Source: a virus (taxonomy: Duplodnaviria > Caudoviricetes). Taken from it: DNA of 64,000 bases. The stretch covers positions 128,001 through 192,000 of the IMG/VR virus record IMGVR_UViG_3300032307_000764. One strand, given 5' to 3'. The notes beneath the pieces are model-generated. The model saw only the letters and a list, made by a program, of their open reading frames with translations. It made no database searches and was not told the DNA's origin. Both the position numbers and the translations under genes were made by a program. Shown here piece by piece: positions 1 to 9,445 of the stretch. The first letter of the stretch is position 1, and each line of letters opens with the position of its first letter.

Positions 1-1
1 G

Positions 2-1192
2 GCCCAGGCAATATCTAAATTAGCTAGACCTTTTTCTTGTTCAGATCAGATACTATTAGGTGATGGATTTTTCGGGACACCAGTAAATCCCGTTCCGTCA
101 GCGCCTCGATACACCCAGGTAAAAATATCACCTAAGTATAAGGACATTATAGAAAAATATAAGGATCTCAACATTCCTAACGAGGAGGGGGGATTTGATT
201 GGATACATGTTGATTATCCGGTTGGAATTTCAACACATATCGTCGGTATTGCAGTAGGGTACAAATCTAATATACTTCCAAGAAAGCCCGAGGAGATAGT
301 TTCTTATCTTGAAGGTAATAAAACTAAAAAACTAAAACCATACTTTAGAGGATTCAAAGGAAAGATCACAAAGATGGATTCTTTAAGATCTGCCTGGTTA
401 ATAGAAGGTGATGTAGAGATGGACGTGTCAACTAGAACATTTAAAATCAATTCTATTTCCCCATTACAAAGATATGAGTCTTTCTTTATACGTCTAAATA
501 GCTTATTAGAAAGAAGCGGTGTTAATTATAAGATGGATAATTTCTCTACTGAGGAGGTTAAAATATCTATCAAATTTAGATGTACTGACCAAGAATTTAA
601 GGACATATGTTTTCTGGTAGCAAAGGAAACAAAACAGATTGTCACTGAGAATATCGTATTTGTTAGAGATGGCAGTGTTCTAGAGTATGAATGTATAGAA
701 GACTATTTCGAGGATTTTATTGTTCATAGGGAACTAACAATATTAAAAAGATTTGAAAGGGATCTATTGTATTTACAGAATGACTTAGAATTTTTAGAAG
801 CTAAACTAAAATTCCTGATATTCATGTCTGATAAGAAAAGATCTGCTGAAGAAGTTAACGAATTTCTTTCGAATTATAAAAGAGAGATATCAAGGAGACT
901 TGAATCAATACCTTTAACTAAATTGACAAAAGAGGAAATAATTAAGACTTCAGAAGAAATTAAATCGATAAAAGAATCTATAAAGAATAAGATACAGGAG
1001 ATAAAAGCTCAAAAAGCTAGATCTAAAGGGGCAGAGAAATATCACGCTTCTTTAGGTAGAAGAAATTCAAAAACAACTTCCTTATTAGGAGACAGTAAAG
1101 ATGAATTTCACAATGGTATTAGAATTTTTGATCCTGAAGAAATAGAAGAAGAAACAGAAGAAACAATTGAATTAAACACAGAAAATGAGTAA
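2..1192 (+). CDS. DNA topoisomerase II subunit A (T4 gp52/GyrA-like), 5'-truncated by window edge
   Basis: Frame is open from base 2, upstream of the tracked Met at 374: GDGFFG..SAPRYT (catalytic RY at 107-112), GIAVGYKSNILP, PYFRGFKGKI. Confidence 0.9.
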   Translation, partial: AQAISKLARPFSCSDQILLGDGFFGTPVNPVPSAPRYTQVKISPKYKDIIEKYKDLNIPNEEGGFDWIHVDYPVGISTHIVGIAVGYKSNILPRKPEEIVSYLEGNKTKKLKPYFRGFKGKITKMDSLRSAWLIEGDVEMDVSTRTFKINSISPLQRYESFFIRLNSLLERSGVNYKMDNFSTEEVKISIKFRCTDQEFKDICFLVAKETKQIVTENIVFVRDGSVLEYECIEDYFEDFIVHRELTILKRFERDLLYLQNDLEFLEAKLKFLIFMSDKKRSAEEVNEFLSNYKREISRRLESIPLTKLTKEEIIKTSEEIKSIKESIKNKIQEIKAQKARSKGAEKYHASLGRRNSKTTSLLGDSKDEFHNGIRIFDPEEIEEETEETIELNTENE

Positions 1193-1952
1193 GAAAAACC
1201 CAACTTGGAATTTTAAAATTACGAACCCTAACAATTTTATAGCATTTCTTAAAAAGCTAAAACTTGTTGATAAGAGTGTTCCTCTAGAGATCGAAGGTAG
1301 TAATTTATTTGCTAAAGTTAGAACCCCGGATAAATCAGTAATCAAATATGTCAACGTAGACATCAATGAGATACTTGAAGGAGAATTCCCTCCTAATAGA
1401 TTGAAGATAGGAGTTCTAGAGATTAGTAAATTAATTGATGTATTCAAATACTTTGGACCTGAGGAAGAACTTAATCTTATCGTTGAATCACAACCTTATG
1501 AGGGATATTTAATTGCAACAAGTCTTAAGTTCTCTTCGTCTTCATTAAACATCTTTGTTAAATGTGCAGACATTAGTTTATTAGCATACATAGATGATAA
1601 CATTCAAAGATCCATTCACTCAACAGAAGGATCAGAAGTTAATTTTGAAATATCTAAGGAGAGCTTCCAGAAGATGTCTTCATTAACAGGAATCGAATCA
1701 AATCACGAGGAATTACTAAACTTTGATATTGAGGAAAATGGAGTAACTATTAGAGGTAACTCTTTCCAGTATCAGATCATTAAGGGCAAAACCCCTAATG
1801 GATTTACTTCTCCTAGCGTATACACAATCTATAAAAATCAATTCTCATATATCGATCAAGAAAGCTCTGAAATTCATTTTCACGAGAATAGAATTCTTGT
1901 TAAGTCGACAGAGTCTGATTCAATGATTGCAATAGGTTTAGTGGAGGTATAA
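1185..1952 (+). CDS. Putative DNA sliding clamp (gp45/PCNA-like)
   Basis: 255 aa, two-domain alpha/beta pattern (IGVLEISKLIDVFKY resembles gp45 AIYDLNGFL), between topoisomerase and polymerase. Confidence 0.55.
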   Translation: MSKKNPTWNFKITNPNNFIAFLKKLKLVDKSVPLEIEGSNLFAKVRTPDKSVIKYVNVDINEILEGEFPPNRLKIGVLEISKLIDVFKYFGPEEELNLIVESQPYEGYLIATSLKFSSSSLNIFVKCADISLLAYIDDNIQRSIHSTEGSEVNFEISKESFQKMSSLTGIESNHEELLNFDIEENGVTIRGNSFQYQIIKGKTPNGFTSPSVYTIYKNQFSYIDQESSEIHFHENRILVKSTESDSMIAIGLVEV

Positions 1953-1953
1953 T

Positions 1954-3123
1954 ATGGAAGAATTAGATTATTCATCAATGAGTCTTGATGAGTTAAAAGA
2001 AAGACTCGCAGTTTTACAACAACAATCTTCGGATTTCTATAATACTGAACAAGGGATTAAATTAACTCTTAACAGTATATACGGAGCGACCGGGAATCAG
2101 TACTTTGCTATGTTCAACCCTGATGTTGCAGAAAGTGTAACATTACAAGGACAGGATATTTGGAAATTTGCTGAGAAGATAGTTAACAGATATTTTAATG
2201 ACATGTGGCATCTAGATACAGAGCTACATGAAAAGATGGAAGTTAAGAATGTAAGGAAGCTTAATCTGGATTTTATTATCTACGGAGATACTGATTCCAA
2301 TTATATCAACCTTGGTGCAGTAATGGATTCTTGTGAGTTTAATTACGATCCTTTTGAATTCGTTAAAAGACTTAATGAATTCAGATTAAAAGAATACATC
2401 AAGAAATGCTATGACATCTATGCTACTAAATGGAATACCGATAACTATCAGGATTTCGAGCTTGAAAGTTTATCTTATGCAGGTATTTTCTTAGGTAAGA
2501 AGAAATATGTACTTCACATCGCATGGCAAGATCCTAATAAGGATTTATTCCCAAGACTTTCTAAAATTAAATCAACAGGTATCGAATTAGCACAGGGAGG
2601 TACTGCTCCGTTTGCTAGAGAGAAGCTTACGTTCCTTTTAAGACACATTTTTGAGAAAGGTAAGGATTTTGATATAAGGGAGTTCGTTAAGATCTTAAAA
2701 GAGATTAAAAACGAGTTTAAGATACAAAAGCCGGATCAGATCTCAATCGGTACTTCTGTTAACAACATAGAAAAGTTCATCGTTAACGATACTACTAATT
2801 TCGAAGTAGCAAAAGGATGTCCGATGCACGTAAGAGCTGCAGGATACCACAATTATATTCTGAATAATTCTAAACATAAAGCTAAGTACAGTTTAATTAG
2901 ATCATCAGAGAAGATTAAATTCTACTACGTTAAGGTTAATAATGAAAGGGAGAATAATGTATTTGGATATCTTAATGGATCATACCCTTATGAATTAGCA
3001 CCTCCCGTAGATTTTGACGAACAATTTAACAGAGTTATTCTAGATCCTATCAATCGATTTATCGAAGCAATGGGATATACTCCTCTTTCTCCTAATCTAC
3101 TTCTAGTAAGAGCCTTATTTTAA
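1954..3123 (+). CDS. Family-B DNA polymerase, C-terminal half (split gp43-like)
   Basis: Motif B KLTLNSIYG near residue 36, motif C YGDTDS, KKKY, KSTGIE; no exonuclease domain or motif A. Confidence 0.9.
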   Translation: MEELDYSSMSLDELKERLAVLQQQSSDFYNTEQGIKLTLNSIYGATGNQYFAMFNPDVAESVTLQGQDIWKFAEKIVNRYFNDMWHLDTELHEKMEVKNVRKLNLDFIIYGDTDSNYINLGAVMDSCEFNYDPFEFVKRLNEFRLKEYIKKCYDIYATKWNTDNYQDFELESLSYAGIFLGKKKYVLHIAWQDPNKDLFPRLSKIKSTGIELAQGGTAPFAREKLTFLLRHIFEKGKDFDIREFVKILKEIKNEFKIQKPDQISIGTSVNNIEKFIVNDTTNFEVAKGCPMHVRAAGYHNYILNNSKHKAKYSLIRSSEKIKFYYVKVNNERENNVFGYLNGSYPYELAPPVDFDEQFNRVILDPINRFIEAMGYTPLSPNLLLVRALF

Positions 3124-3153
3124 TTTAAGTGATATATAGAAGAAAAGATTAAA

Positions 3154-3591
3154 ATGACTTTTGACGAATATAAAGAAACTGGAGGAATGATTCCTAACGA
3201 GCTAGAGGTTAATGTTAAGACCTTAGGAGCTAGCAATGATATAAATGATCACTTTATAAATTTATTAGTTTTCCAAGCACAACTTAAAATTATGCACTGG
3301 GGAACAGAATCATATGCTCAGCATAATGCTTACGGATCTACTTATGAATCTATAGACGAAGGATTAGATGCTTTAGTTGAATCGTATCAGGGATATTACC
3401 CAAGAATAAACTTTGGTGGTACATTCGAATTCGGAAGCTTTGGATCTGTTGATCCTATTCAATGGTTAAAAACAATTCTCGATTGTTTAAATGCTATGAG
3501 AGAGATGTTTGATAAATCAGATCTTCAGAATTTAGCAGATGAACTAATAGCATCCGTTTCTAAATTAATGTATCTTCTTTCCCTTAAATAA
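3154..3591 (+). CDS. DUF5856-like ferritin-fold protein
   Basis: MHW..SYAQHNAYG..YE..DALVESYQG pattern; GATATATA at 3131. Confidence 0.6.
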   Translation: MTFDEYKETGGMIPNELEVNVKTLGASNDINDHFINLLVFQAQLKIMHWGTESYAQHNAYGSTYESIDEGLDALVESYQGYYPRINFGGTFEFGSFGSVDPIQWLKTILDCLNAMREMFDKSDLQNLADELIASVSKLMYLLSLK

Positions 3592-3651
3592 TCTATTATC
3601 GAAACTTACCTTTTTTGGTTTAATATAAATCTAAAGGTAAACCGATAAAAA

Positions 3652-4008
3652 ATGTCATTTAACAAAAGATTCTTCGATTGGGAGAAAATTAAAAACTTTG
3701 CAGAACCGCCTAGAGATTTTAAATCTTTTGACGATTGGATCCTAAATCCTGATGCCTATATTATGAGGGATAAGGAGTCTTCTGATTTTTTAAAAGCTTA
3801 TTCACCATTAAAAGAGGATCTTAGAAATCTAATGTTTGAAGCTTTTCGCGAGGAGGATGATTTTATAGTTCATCTTATTAAATTCATGAGGGTTTCTAGT
3901 AATAAACAAAATGACGATGCTCATATAGAGCCAATCAAAAAATACACATCTCTATTTGCAGAAAAATGGGGTATCAGATATGAAAAATATAAAAATCTAA
4001 TTCAATAA
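3652..4008 (+). CDS. Hypothetical protein
   Basis: 118-aa ORF with GAAACT-N17-TATAAA upstream. Confidence 0.7.
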   Translation: MSFNKRFFDWEKIKNFAEPPRDFKSFDDWILNPDAYIMRDKESSDFLKAYSPLKEDLRNLMFEAFREEDDFIVHLIKFMRVSSNKQNDDAHIEPIKKYTSLFAEKWGIRYEKYKNLIQ

Positions 4009-4011
4009 AAA

Positions 4012-4287
4012 ATGCAAGAAAATCAACAACAAGTAAAAGTAGATATGTCAGATACTCCTTGGATTAAATGCGAAGGTGGAAACATGCTATGGGAATCTTC
4101 AATGTTATTTAAAAGACTATCTCCCCTAATGAGTCCATCAGGTAAGGAAGAATTATTACCTGCGGAAATTATCACTTGTAAACAATGTGGAAAGGTTCCT
4201 AAGTTCTTTTTTGATATGGCTAAAGGAATTCCTGAAGATCTAAAATCTGATTGCCATACAAAACCTAAAATCGATCTAGGAGTATAA
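4012..4287 (+). CDS. Small protein with CxxC, possible Zn ribbon
   Basis: WIKCEG...TCKQCG; operon-packed. Confidence 0.7.
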   Translation: MQENQQQVKVDMSDTPWIKCEGGNMLWESSMLFKRLSPLMSPSGKEELLPAEIITCKQCGKVPKFFFDMAKGIPEDLKSDCHTKPKIDLGV

Positions 4288-4354
4288 TTTTAGGAAATCA
4301 TTTTTTTATACTAGATTTTTCTATTATCTTTGTTTAAATTTAAAAACCGAGATT

Positions 4355-4678
4355 ATGGAAAAGAGGGAAATTTTAGTAAAGGCTTCTAAAGTCTTAAAAG
4401 AAACATTAAGGATCCTTGGATTTGTTTGTTTAGTAGCACTAGGCTACATTTTGTCGGAGCTGTACCACTATAGTACAATGGAAAGAGATAAAGTTAATTG
4501 TGCGTCTCCTAAGGTGACTAAAACAATAAAAGAAATCTCAGTAGCGATAAACGAGCGTAGCGAGCTTATGATTATCGATCGTACCACTGGGGAATATGAA
4601 ATTTATCAGGATTCAATTGGACAATCAATATTTAACTTGTATGCAACCAGAATTCAATCAGAGTACCAGAACCCTTAG
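4355..4678 (+). CDS. Single-TM membrane protein
   Basis: ILGFVCLVALGYIL hydrophobic segment; promoter AATCATTTTTTT..TATCTTTG at 4296-4332. Confidence 0.7.
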   Translation: MEKREILVKASKVLKETLRILGFVCLVALGYILSELYHYSTMERDKVNCASPKVTKTIKEISVAINERSELMIIDRTTGEYEIYQDSIGQSIFNLYATRIQSEYQNP

Positions 4679-5210
4679 TCTTAAGACTAGGGTTTCTTTT
4701 TTTGCAGCCCTTGTTTTTATAGGGCTGCTTACTATTCCTCTTAGACGTTTTTTGAGTGTAGATCAAATAGTACAAGAGGAAATTTCATATTACGAAGAAG
4801 GATCAATCTATGAGGGGCAACCGATTGCAGTCAGAATGTTTTCCTCAATAGAAAAGTATGCTGCAAAATATGATATCCCTCTTAGGTATGCTTTAGGAAT
4901 AGCCTATACTGAAACTAGATACGAAGGACCTTTTCATTGGAGATATAATCCTAAACAGAAATCTTCTGCAGGTGCTTTGGGGCCTATGCAAATTATGCCC
5001 AGTACTGCTAATATGATATGGGGAAGATCTATATCAAGAGATGAACTGATATCCAATATCGATCTTAATGTAGAGACCTCTATGAAATTACTGAGAAAGC
5101 TATATGATAAGTACGGTAACTGGAAAATAGTATTTGGATGTTATAATACAGGAAGACCCTGTGTTAACGGATATGCTGAAAAAGTTTTTAATTTTAATCC
5201 CAAAAAATAA
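4596..5210 (+). CDS. Lytic transglycosylase (SLT domain) with N-terminal TM; start uncertain
   Basis: Catalytic YTETRY, GALGPMQIMPSTA, YNTG motifs; hydrophobic FFAALVFIGLLTIPL. Confidence 0.9.
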   Translation: MKFIRIQLDNQYLTCMQPEFNQSTRTLSLKTRVSFFAALVFIGLLTIPLRRFLSVDQIVQEEISYYEEGSIYEGQPIAVRMFSSIEKYAAKYDIPLRYALGIAYTETRYEGPFHWRYNPKQKSSAGALGPMQIMPSTANMIWGRSISRDELISNIDLNVETSMKLLRKLYDKYGNWKIVFGCYNTGRPCVNGYAEKVFNFNPKK

Positions 5211-5885
5211 ATGAAGTACATTTCAATCGACATAGAAACAACAGGATTAGATCCAGTGAATGATCAGGTCCTATCAGTAGGTGCTATTATAGAGGACACA
5301 AACAATCCTTTACCTTTTGACGAAATCCCTAAATTCCATGTGGCTATCAAAAGAGAAAATATATCTGGAAGTCTATTTGCAATTAATTTGAATCGTGAAT
5401 TGATCCAAACGATAGTTCATTATCAAACAGCAGAGGATCAAGACGAGAAGAATGATATTGTTCAAATGACCGGTATACAATTCATGGATGAAGAAGAAGT
5501 TGTTGAAGCACTATTCCAATTTTGTTATAGAAACGGATTGGCTCCAAAAAATACAGATTTATTAAACCAGCGAATAAAATTAGTTGATGGCGTTACATAT
5601 CCAATGCTAACTTCGAATATGCCGAAAGTTCATATCTCGTGTGCTGGTAAGAACTTTGCTACATTTGATAAGTTATTCTTGGAAAGACTACCAAGATGGA
5701 AACAGGTTTTTAGAATAAGACAAAGAGTTATTGATCCTTCGATTTTATTTGTTGATTGGAAGAATGATGATTCTTTACCTGGACTATCCGAGTGTAAGAA
5801 AAGAGCTGGCCTTTCAGAAGTAGTTACTCATAATGCGCTGGAAGATGCTTGGGACGTGATTGAATTACTTAGAAAAAATTATTAA
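5211..5885 (+). CDS. DEDDh (DnaQ-like) 3'-5' exonuclease
   Basis: SIDIETTGLD, NFATFD, HNALEDA. Confidence 0.9.
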   Translation: MKYISIDIETTGLDPVNDQVLSVGAIIEDTNNPLPFDEIPKFHVAIKRENISGSLFAINLNRELIQTIVHYQTAEDQDEKNDIVQMTGIQFMDEEEVVEALFQFCYRNGLAPKNTDLLNQRIKLVDGVTYPMLTSNMPKVHISCAGKNFATFDKLFLERLPRWKQVFRIRQRVIDPSILFVDWKNDDSLPGLSECKKRAGLSEVVTHNALEDAWDVIELLRKNY

Positions 5886-5886
5886 A

Positions 5887-6078
5887 ATGGAAGAAAGAGT
5901 AAAACAAAGAGTTGAAGAATTACAGGAAGAATTACACGAAACAGCGGAAGCTGTTTTCGGACAGTCTGATACGGTAGAATATCAGGACGTGGCTGTTATT
6001 TTCCTATTACATAAAATTGCATCACTGCAATGCGGAATGGAAGATATACTAAGAGAACTAAAAAAAGATGTCAAATAG
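5887..6078 (+). CDS. Hypothetical protein
   Basis: ORF; start moved to ATG 5887 to avoid overlap. Confidence 0.6.
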   Translation: MEERVKQRVEELQEELHETAEAVFGQSDTVEYQDVAVIFLLHKIASLQCGMEDILRELKKDVK

Positions 6079-6322
6079 GAAGTTCTCTGTAATAGTAATA
6101 ATCTTTCTGACTATTTTAACATCATTTATTTTTGTTGTTAGAGAATTACAAGAAAAGAAATCTTGTACATATTCGATCTCTCTTAAAAATGGTAGTAAAA
6201 TAGAAGCCACTAGGATAAATTTTTATCCATCGGGATTTTACGATGTTCATGATTGCGAGGGAGAGAGGATAGTAATACCGGAATCATCAATAGATGTGAT
6301 TAAAAATATAGAGAGAAGATAA
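6068..6322 (+). CDS. Single-TM membrane protein
   Basis: N-terminal hydrophobic segment. Confidence 0.65.
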   Translation: MSNRKFSVIVIIFLTILTSFIFVVRELQEKKSCTYSISLKNGSKIEATRINFYPSGFYDVHDCEGERIVIPESSIDVIKNIERR

Positions 6323-6325
6323 ATT

Positions 6326-6676
6326 ATGATAGACTGGGTAAAATTATTGGTTGGAATCTTATTAGGTACTTTTGCTCAGGTCCTAACTTTTTTTCAACTC
6401 CAGGGTCCGATTAAATATGAATCGTTTAAAAATAACTATTGGATAGTTGTACTAATGGGAATTCCTATATCTATGTTATACATGTATTCTGTTAAGAATA
6501 TGGTAATGGCTTACAATGGACAGATGTGGCCTTCTAGATTAATAGGATTTTCAATAGGAGCGGTTGTATTCACTTATTTAAGCTGGTATTTATTTAGCGA
6601 GCCTTTAACAGCTAAGACAATTATTTGTTTGATACTTGCTATTTCTATATTGTTAGTTCAGATATTCTTTAAATAA
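6326..6676 (+). CDS. 4-TM small membrane protein, DMT/SMR-like
   Basis: Four hydrophobic segments; C-terminal LSWYLFSEPLT motif typical of DMT superfamily. Confidence 0.6.
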   Translation: MIDWVKLLVGILLGTFAQVLTFFQLQGPIKYESFKNNYWIVVLMGIPISMLYMYSVKNMVMAYNGQMWPSRLIGFSIGAVVFTYLSWYLFSEPLTAKTIICLILAISILLVQIFFK

Positions 6677-6687
6677 AAAATAAAAAG

Positions 6688-6936
6688 ATGAGTAAAATAG
6701 ACTTCCTCGGAATTCACAAAGAAGCTATGGATATTAATGGATTCTGGAATGAATCTTATAAATCTGTTGTTATTAAATCTATTGAGTTAACTTACAAAAG
6801 TGAAGTTATCAGAGAATGGTGCATATCCGACATTTTGATGAATGGTGATAAGTTTTTAATCAAATGGGAAAAAAGAATTATCCCACTTACTGACGAACAA
6901 TTGAAAGAAAAATATGGAAGGGAACAGGAATCATAA
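6688..6936 (+). CDS. Hypothetical protein
   Basis: ORF in packed operon. Confidence 0.65.
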   Translation: MSKIDFLGIHKEAMDINGFWNESYKSVVIKSIELTYKSEVIREWCISDILMNGDKFLIKWEKRIIPLTDEQLKEKYGREQES

Positions 6937-7192
6937 AAGATATCAAGATTGCAATTTTTTAGAAAAACTTTGGAGGTGGAGACACTATTTAAAAATTCCT
7001 TTTAAATGGATCCGGTGGAAGATCTTAAGTAATAAGGATTTCACTAATACAGGGTATTGGAAAATTCTTGTTGGATCAGCTCAGATTGATATGAGATGGT
7101 ATTATACTCAAGAGGAGGTTATAAAATTTTTCGATACAAAATTTACAAGAAATAACAAAATAGAAAGAGATGAAGACACTTTACATAGTTAG
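6914..7192 (+). CDS. Hypothetical Trp-rich protein
   Basis: ORF in packed operon. Confidence 0.6.
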   Translation: MEGNRNHKRYQDCNFLEKLWRWRHYLKIPFKWIRWKILSNKDFTNTGYWKILVGSAQIDMRWYYTQEEVIKFFDTKFTRNNKIERDEDTLHS

Positions 7193-7586
7193 AGGAATAC
7201 CAGGATCTGGTAAATCAACATTTGCAAAAAAATTAGTGGGTGAGGACTTTTTAGTGTGTGAAGCAGACAAATACTTCATAGATAAAGAGACTGGTGAATA
7301 TAATTTTGATTTTACTAAGATCAAGGAAGCCCACAAATTCTGTCAAGACACAGTTGAGACATACATGAAGGACTCATTAGTCAATGACCAATTTTATAGA
7401 GAGATCGCAGTTTCTAACACATTCACACAAGAATGGGAAATGGAGCATTATATCGAGCTTGCAAAAAAATACGGGTACATGGTATTTACTATAATAGTAG
7501 AAAATAGACATGGCGGTAAAAATGTCCACGGGGTTCCTGATGATACATTAGAAAAAATGAAAGGCCGATTTGAAATCTCCTTATAG
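7170..7586 (+). CDS. P-loop kinase (AAA_33/polynucleotide-kinase-like)
   Basis: IVRGIPGSGKSTFA, EADKYF, VSNTF, HGVP. Confidence 0.85.
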   Translation: MKTLYIVRGIPGSGKSTFAKKLVGEDFLVCEADKYFIDKETGEYNFDFTKIKEAHKFCQDTVETYMKDSLVNDQFYREIAVSNTFTQEWEMEHYIELAKKYGYMVFTIIVENRHGGKNVHGVPDDTLEKMKGRFEISL

Positions 7587-7623
7587 TAGAAACTTAGAGA
7601 CGTAAAGGGGGTATAAGTAGCAT

Positions 7624-8190
7624 ATGTCAATTGATTCAAAAAAGAAGTACGATCGTTTAAAAAATAGGAACCTCTATTTAGTAGACGAGATAGATCCAGA
7701 TTCTGCTAATGATGTTATAGAGGATATCATAGAAATTAATTCTTTGGATGAAGAAGACGAAGAAGAACTTAAAGATTTCGAACGTAGGCCTATAAATCTT
7801 TACATCAATAGTCCAGGCGGATGTGTTTACAGTACTTTAGCTTTGATCAATGCTATAGAATATTCTAAAACACCTATTATTACACATGCTTTAGGTATGG
7901 TAATGTCAGGAGCTTTATATGTTATGGCTTCTGGGCATATAAGAAAAGCTCACAAGTATTCTTCTTTTATGTTCCATGAGATCATAGTTAGTCATCCTTA
8001 TTCATCTTTAACTTGGATCAAGAATGATGTTAAAGAATGTGAGAGATTACAAAAAGCACTAGAAGGTATTTTAACTTCCAGAAGTAAATTCCCACAGGCT
8101 AAAATAGAAGAGGTCGTAGAGAGATCTAAGGATTTCTACTTTGATGCAAATGTTGCTTTAAAGTACAAAATAATAGACGAGATCTTGTGA
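7624..8190 (+). CDS. clpP: ClpP-family serine protease subunit
   Basis: INLYINSPGG, Ser in VMSGA, His in MFHE, Asp in KDFY. Confidence 0.9.
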   Translation: MSIDSKKKYDRLKNRNLYLVDEIDPDSANDVIEDIIEINSLDEEDEEELKDFERRPINLYINSPGGCVYSTLALINAIEYSKTPIITHALGMVMSGALYVMASGHIRKAHKYSSFMFHEIIVSHPYSSLTWIKNDVKECERLQKALEGILTSRSKFPQAKIEEVVERSKDFYFDANVALKYKIIDEIL

Positions 8191-8212
8191 AAAAATTACC
8201 ACAAATAAATTT

Positions 8213-8617
8213 ATGAGTGCAGAAAGGGAAGATTTAATTAGCAAATTAATTGATATAAGAGAGCAAGAAAAAACTCTAAGAAAGCAATTAGATGATTTAG
8301 ATCAGGAAGATAGATTTGCTAGAGCTAAAAAATATGAGGGAAGATATTTCATGGAAAAGAATGAAAGGACACCTGAATATATTAGATGTGTATTTGTTCA
8401 TAATACAAATACCGAATCTTGTAATCCTATGTGTATTCTTGTTAGTTACTGGGTACCTAATATAGATGAATACTTTCAGATCGAATCTTACCATCATTTC
8501 TACCCAGAAAAATGGGACGAAGAAGAAAAATGGGATGAGATTGGAGCGGAAGAATTTATAAATCATTATAATGAGGTACAAAGAAGAATTGAATTAGCAG
8601 TTTCGATAAAAAAATGA
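8213..8617 (+). CDS. Hypothetical protein
   Basis: 134-aa ORF. Confidence 0.7.
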   Translation: MSAEREDLISKLIDIREQEKTLRKQLDDLDQEDRFARAKKYEGRYFMEKNERTPEYIRCVFVHNTNTESCNPMCILVSYWVPNIDEYFQIESYHHFYPEKWDEEEKWDEIGAEEFINHYNEVQRRIELAVSIKK

Positions 8618-8862
8618 CTAAATCTCAAATACTTAAATTACGTCCGGAGTTTAAATTTGGAGGTATGACAATGATAGATTGGTTTCAGATCACTGAAGGT
8701 TCAGGTTTTTTCTGTATTAGAAGTGGTCTAAGACATGCAGACGGAGAAACAAGATCACCTTATTATTATGAAGATTGTATAGGGGGTAAGGGAGCAAAGA
8801 AAAAGGCTTTAGATAAGTTTAACAATTGGTGGTTACTTGTAGAAAGAGCAGAGAAACAATGA
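8614..8862 (+). CDS. Hypothetical protein
   Basis: ATGA overlap with upstream stop. Confidence 0.65.
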   Translation: MTKSQILKLRPEFKFGGMTMIDWFQITEGSGFFCIRSGLRHADGETRSPYYYEDCIGGKGAKKKALDKFNNWWLLVERAEKQ

Positions 8863-8908
8863 TTGTTCAGAAACTTTTCGGAAGTTTTTTTATATATATT
8901 AAAATAAT

Positions 8909-9397
8909 GGGCCCGCTTTGGATTTGACAGGCGGAGGTAGTTCTTTGAAATGATTCAGGCAGGGTTAGATTGGAAATCCTTAATTACCTATCAAACAATA
9001 AACGCAAACGTTTACAACACAGAGGATATCATGAGTATCCCAACTTCTCTTACTCGCGTAGCGGTAGCAGAAGAGGCTGAGATGCTATTAGCAGCTTAAC
9101 CGTCGGGCCGGATCGGCCTAGGAACAGAAAGATCCAAAACCGGCAAGAAAAAAGGTTCGTAGTATTGCCAATTTAACATTGAGTGGAGCCTTGAGGATTC
9201 GTCCAATACCCATTTAGATCGTCACTATCAATGTTAGGGAAACCTGGTTAATACCAGGGAGTAACCCAGACTGAGCATTAAGTCTGAAAGAAAAAAGAAA
9301 TGCACCAAAGTTTGTCCGTGTCGAATAACGGAATAAGCCTGTGAATGAGTTTCTCGAGCATTCGAGCTGGACGAGGGTTCGACTCCCTCCGGGTCCA
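8909..9397 (+). ncRNA. ssrA: tmRNA (489 nt), tag ANVYNTEDIMSIPTSLTRVAVAEEAEMLLAA
   Basis: Acceptor GGGCCCG/CGGGTCC-A with G3:U70, GATTTGAC D-loop analogue, T-arm GAGGG-TTCGACT-CCCTC, resume context ATAAAC|GCA at 9004, stop 9097-9099. Confidence 0.95.
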
Positions 9398-9400
9398 CAC

Positions 9401-9425
9401 TCCCCGAATCTTTTTGATTCGGGGA
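9401..9425 (+). terminator. Hairpin after tmRNA, probable terminator
   Basis: TCCCCGAATC-TTTTT-GATTCGGGGA perfect 10-bp stem. Confidence 0.7.
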
Positions 9426-9445
9426 TTTATTCTTATTTTTACATC

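Noticed and set aside
5211-5885. DEDDh exonuclease as the missing half of the split polymerase
   Set aside because: It is DnaQ-like and has no PolB motif A or palm segment
9341-9445. 5' extension of ORF 9341
   Set aside because: Overlaps the tmRNA T-arm and acceptor stem; ATG 9446 is more plausible
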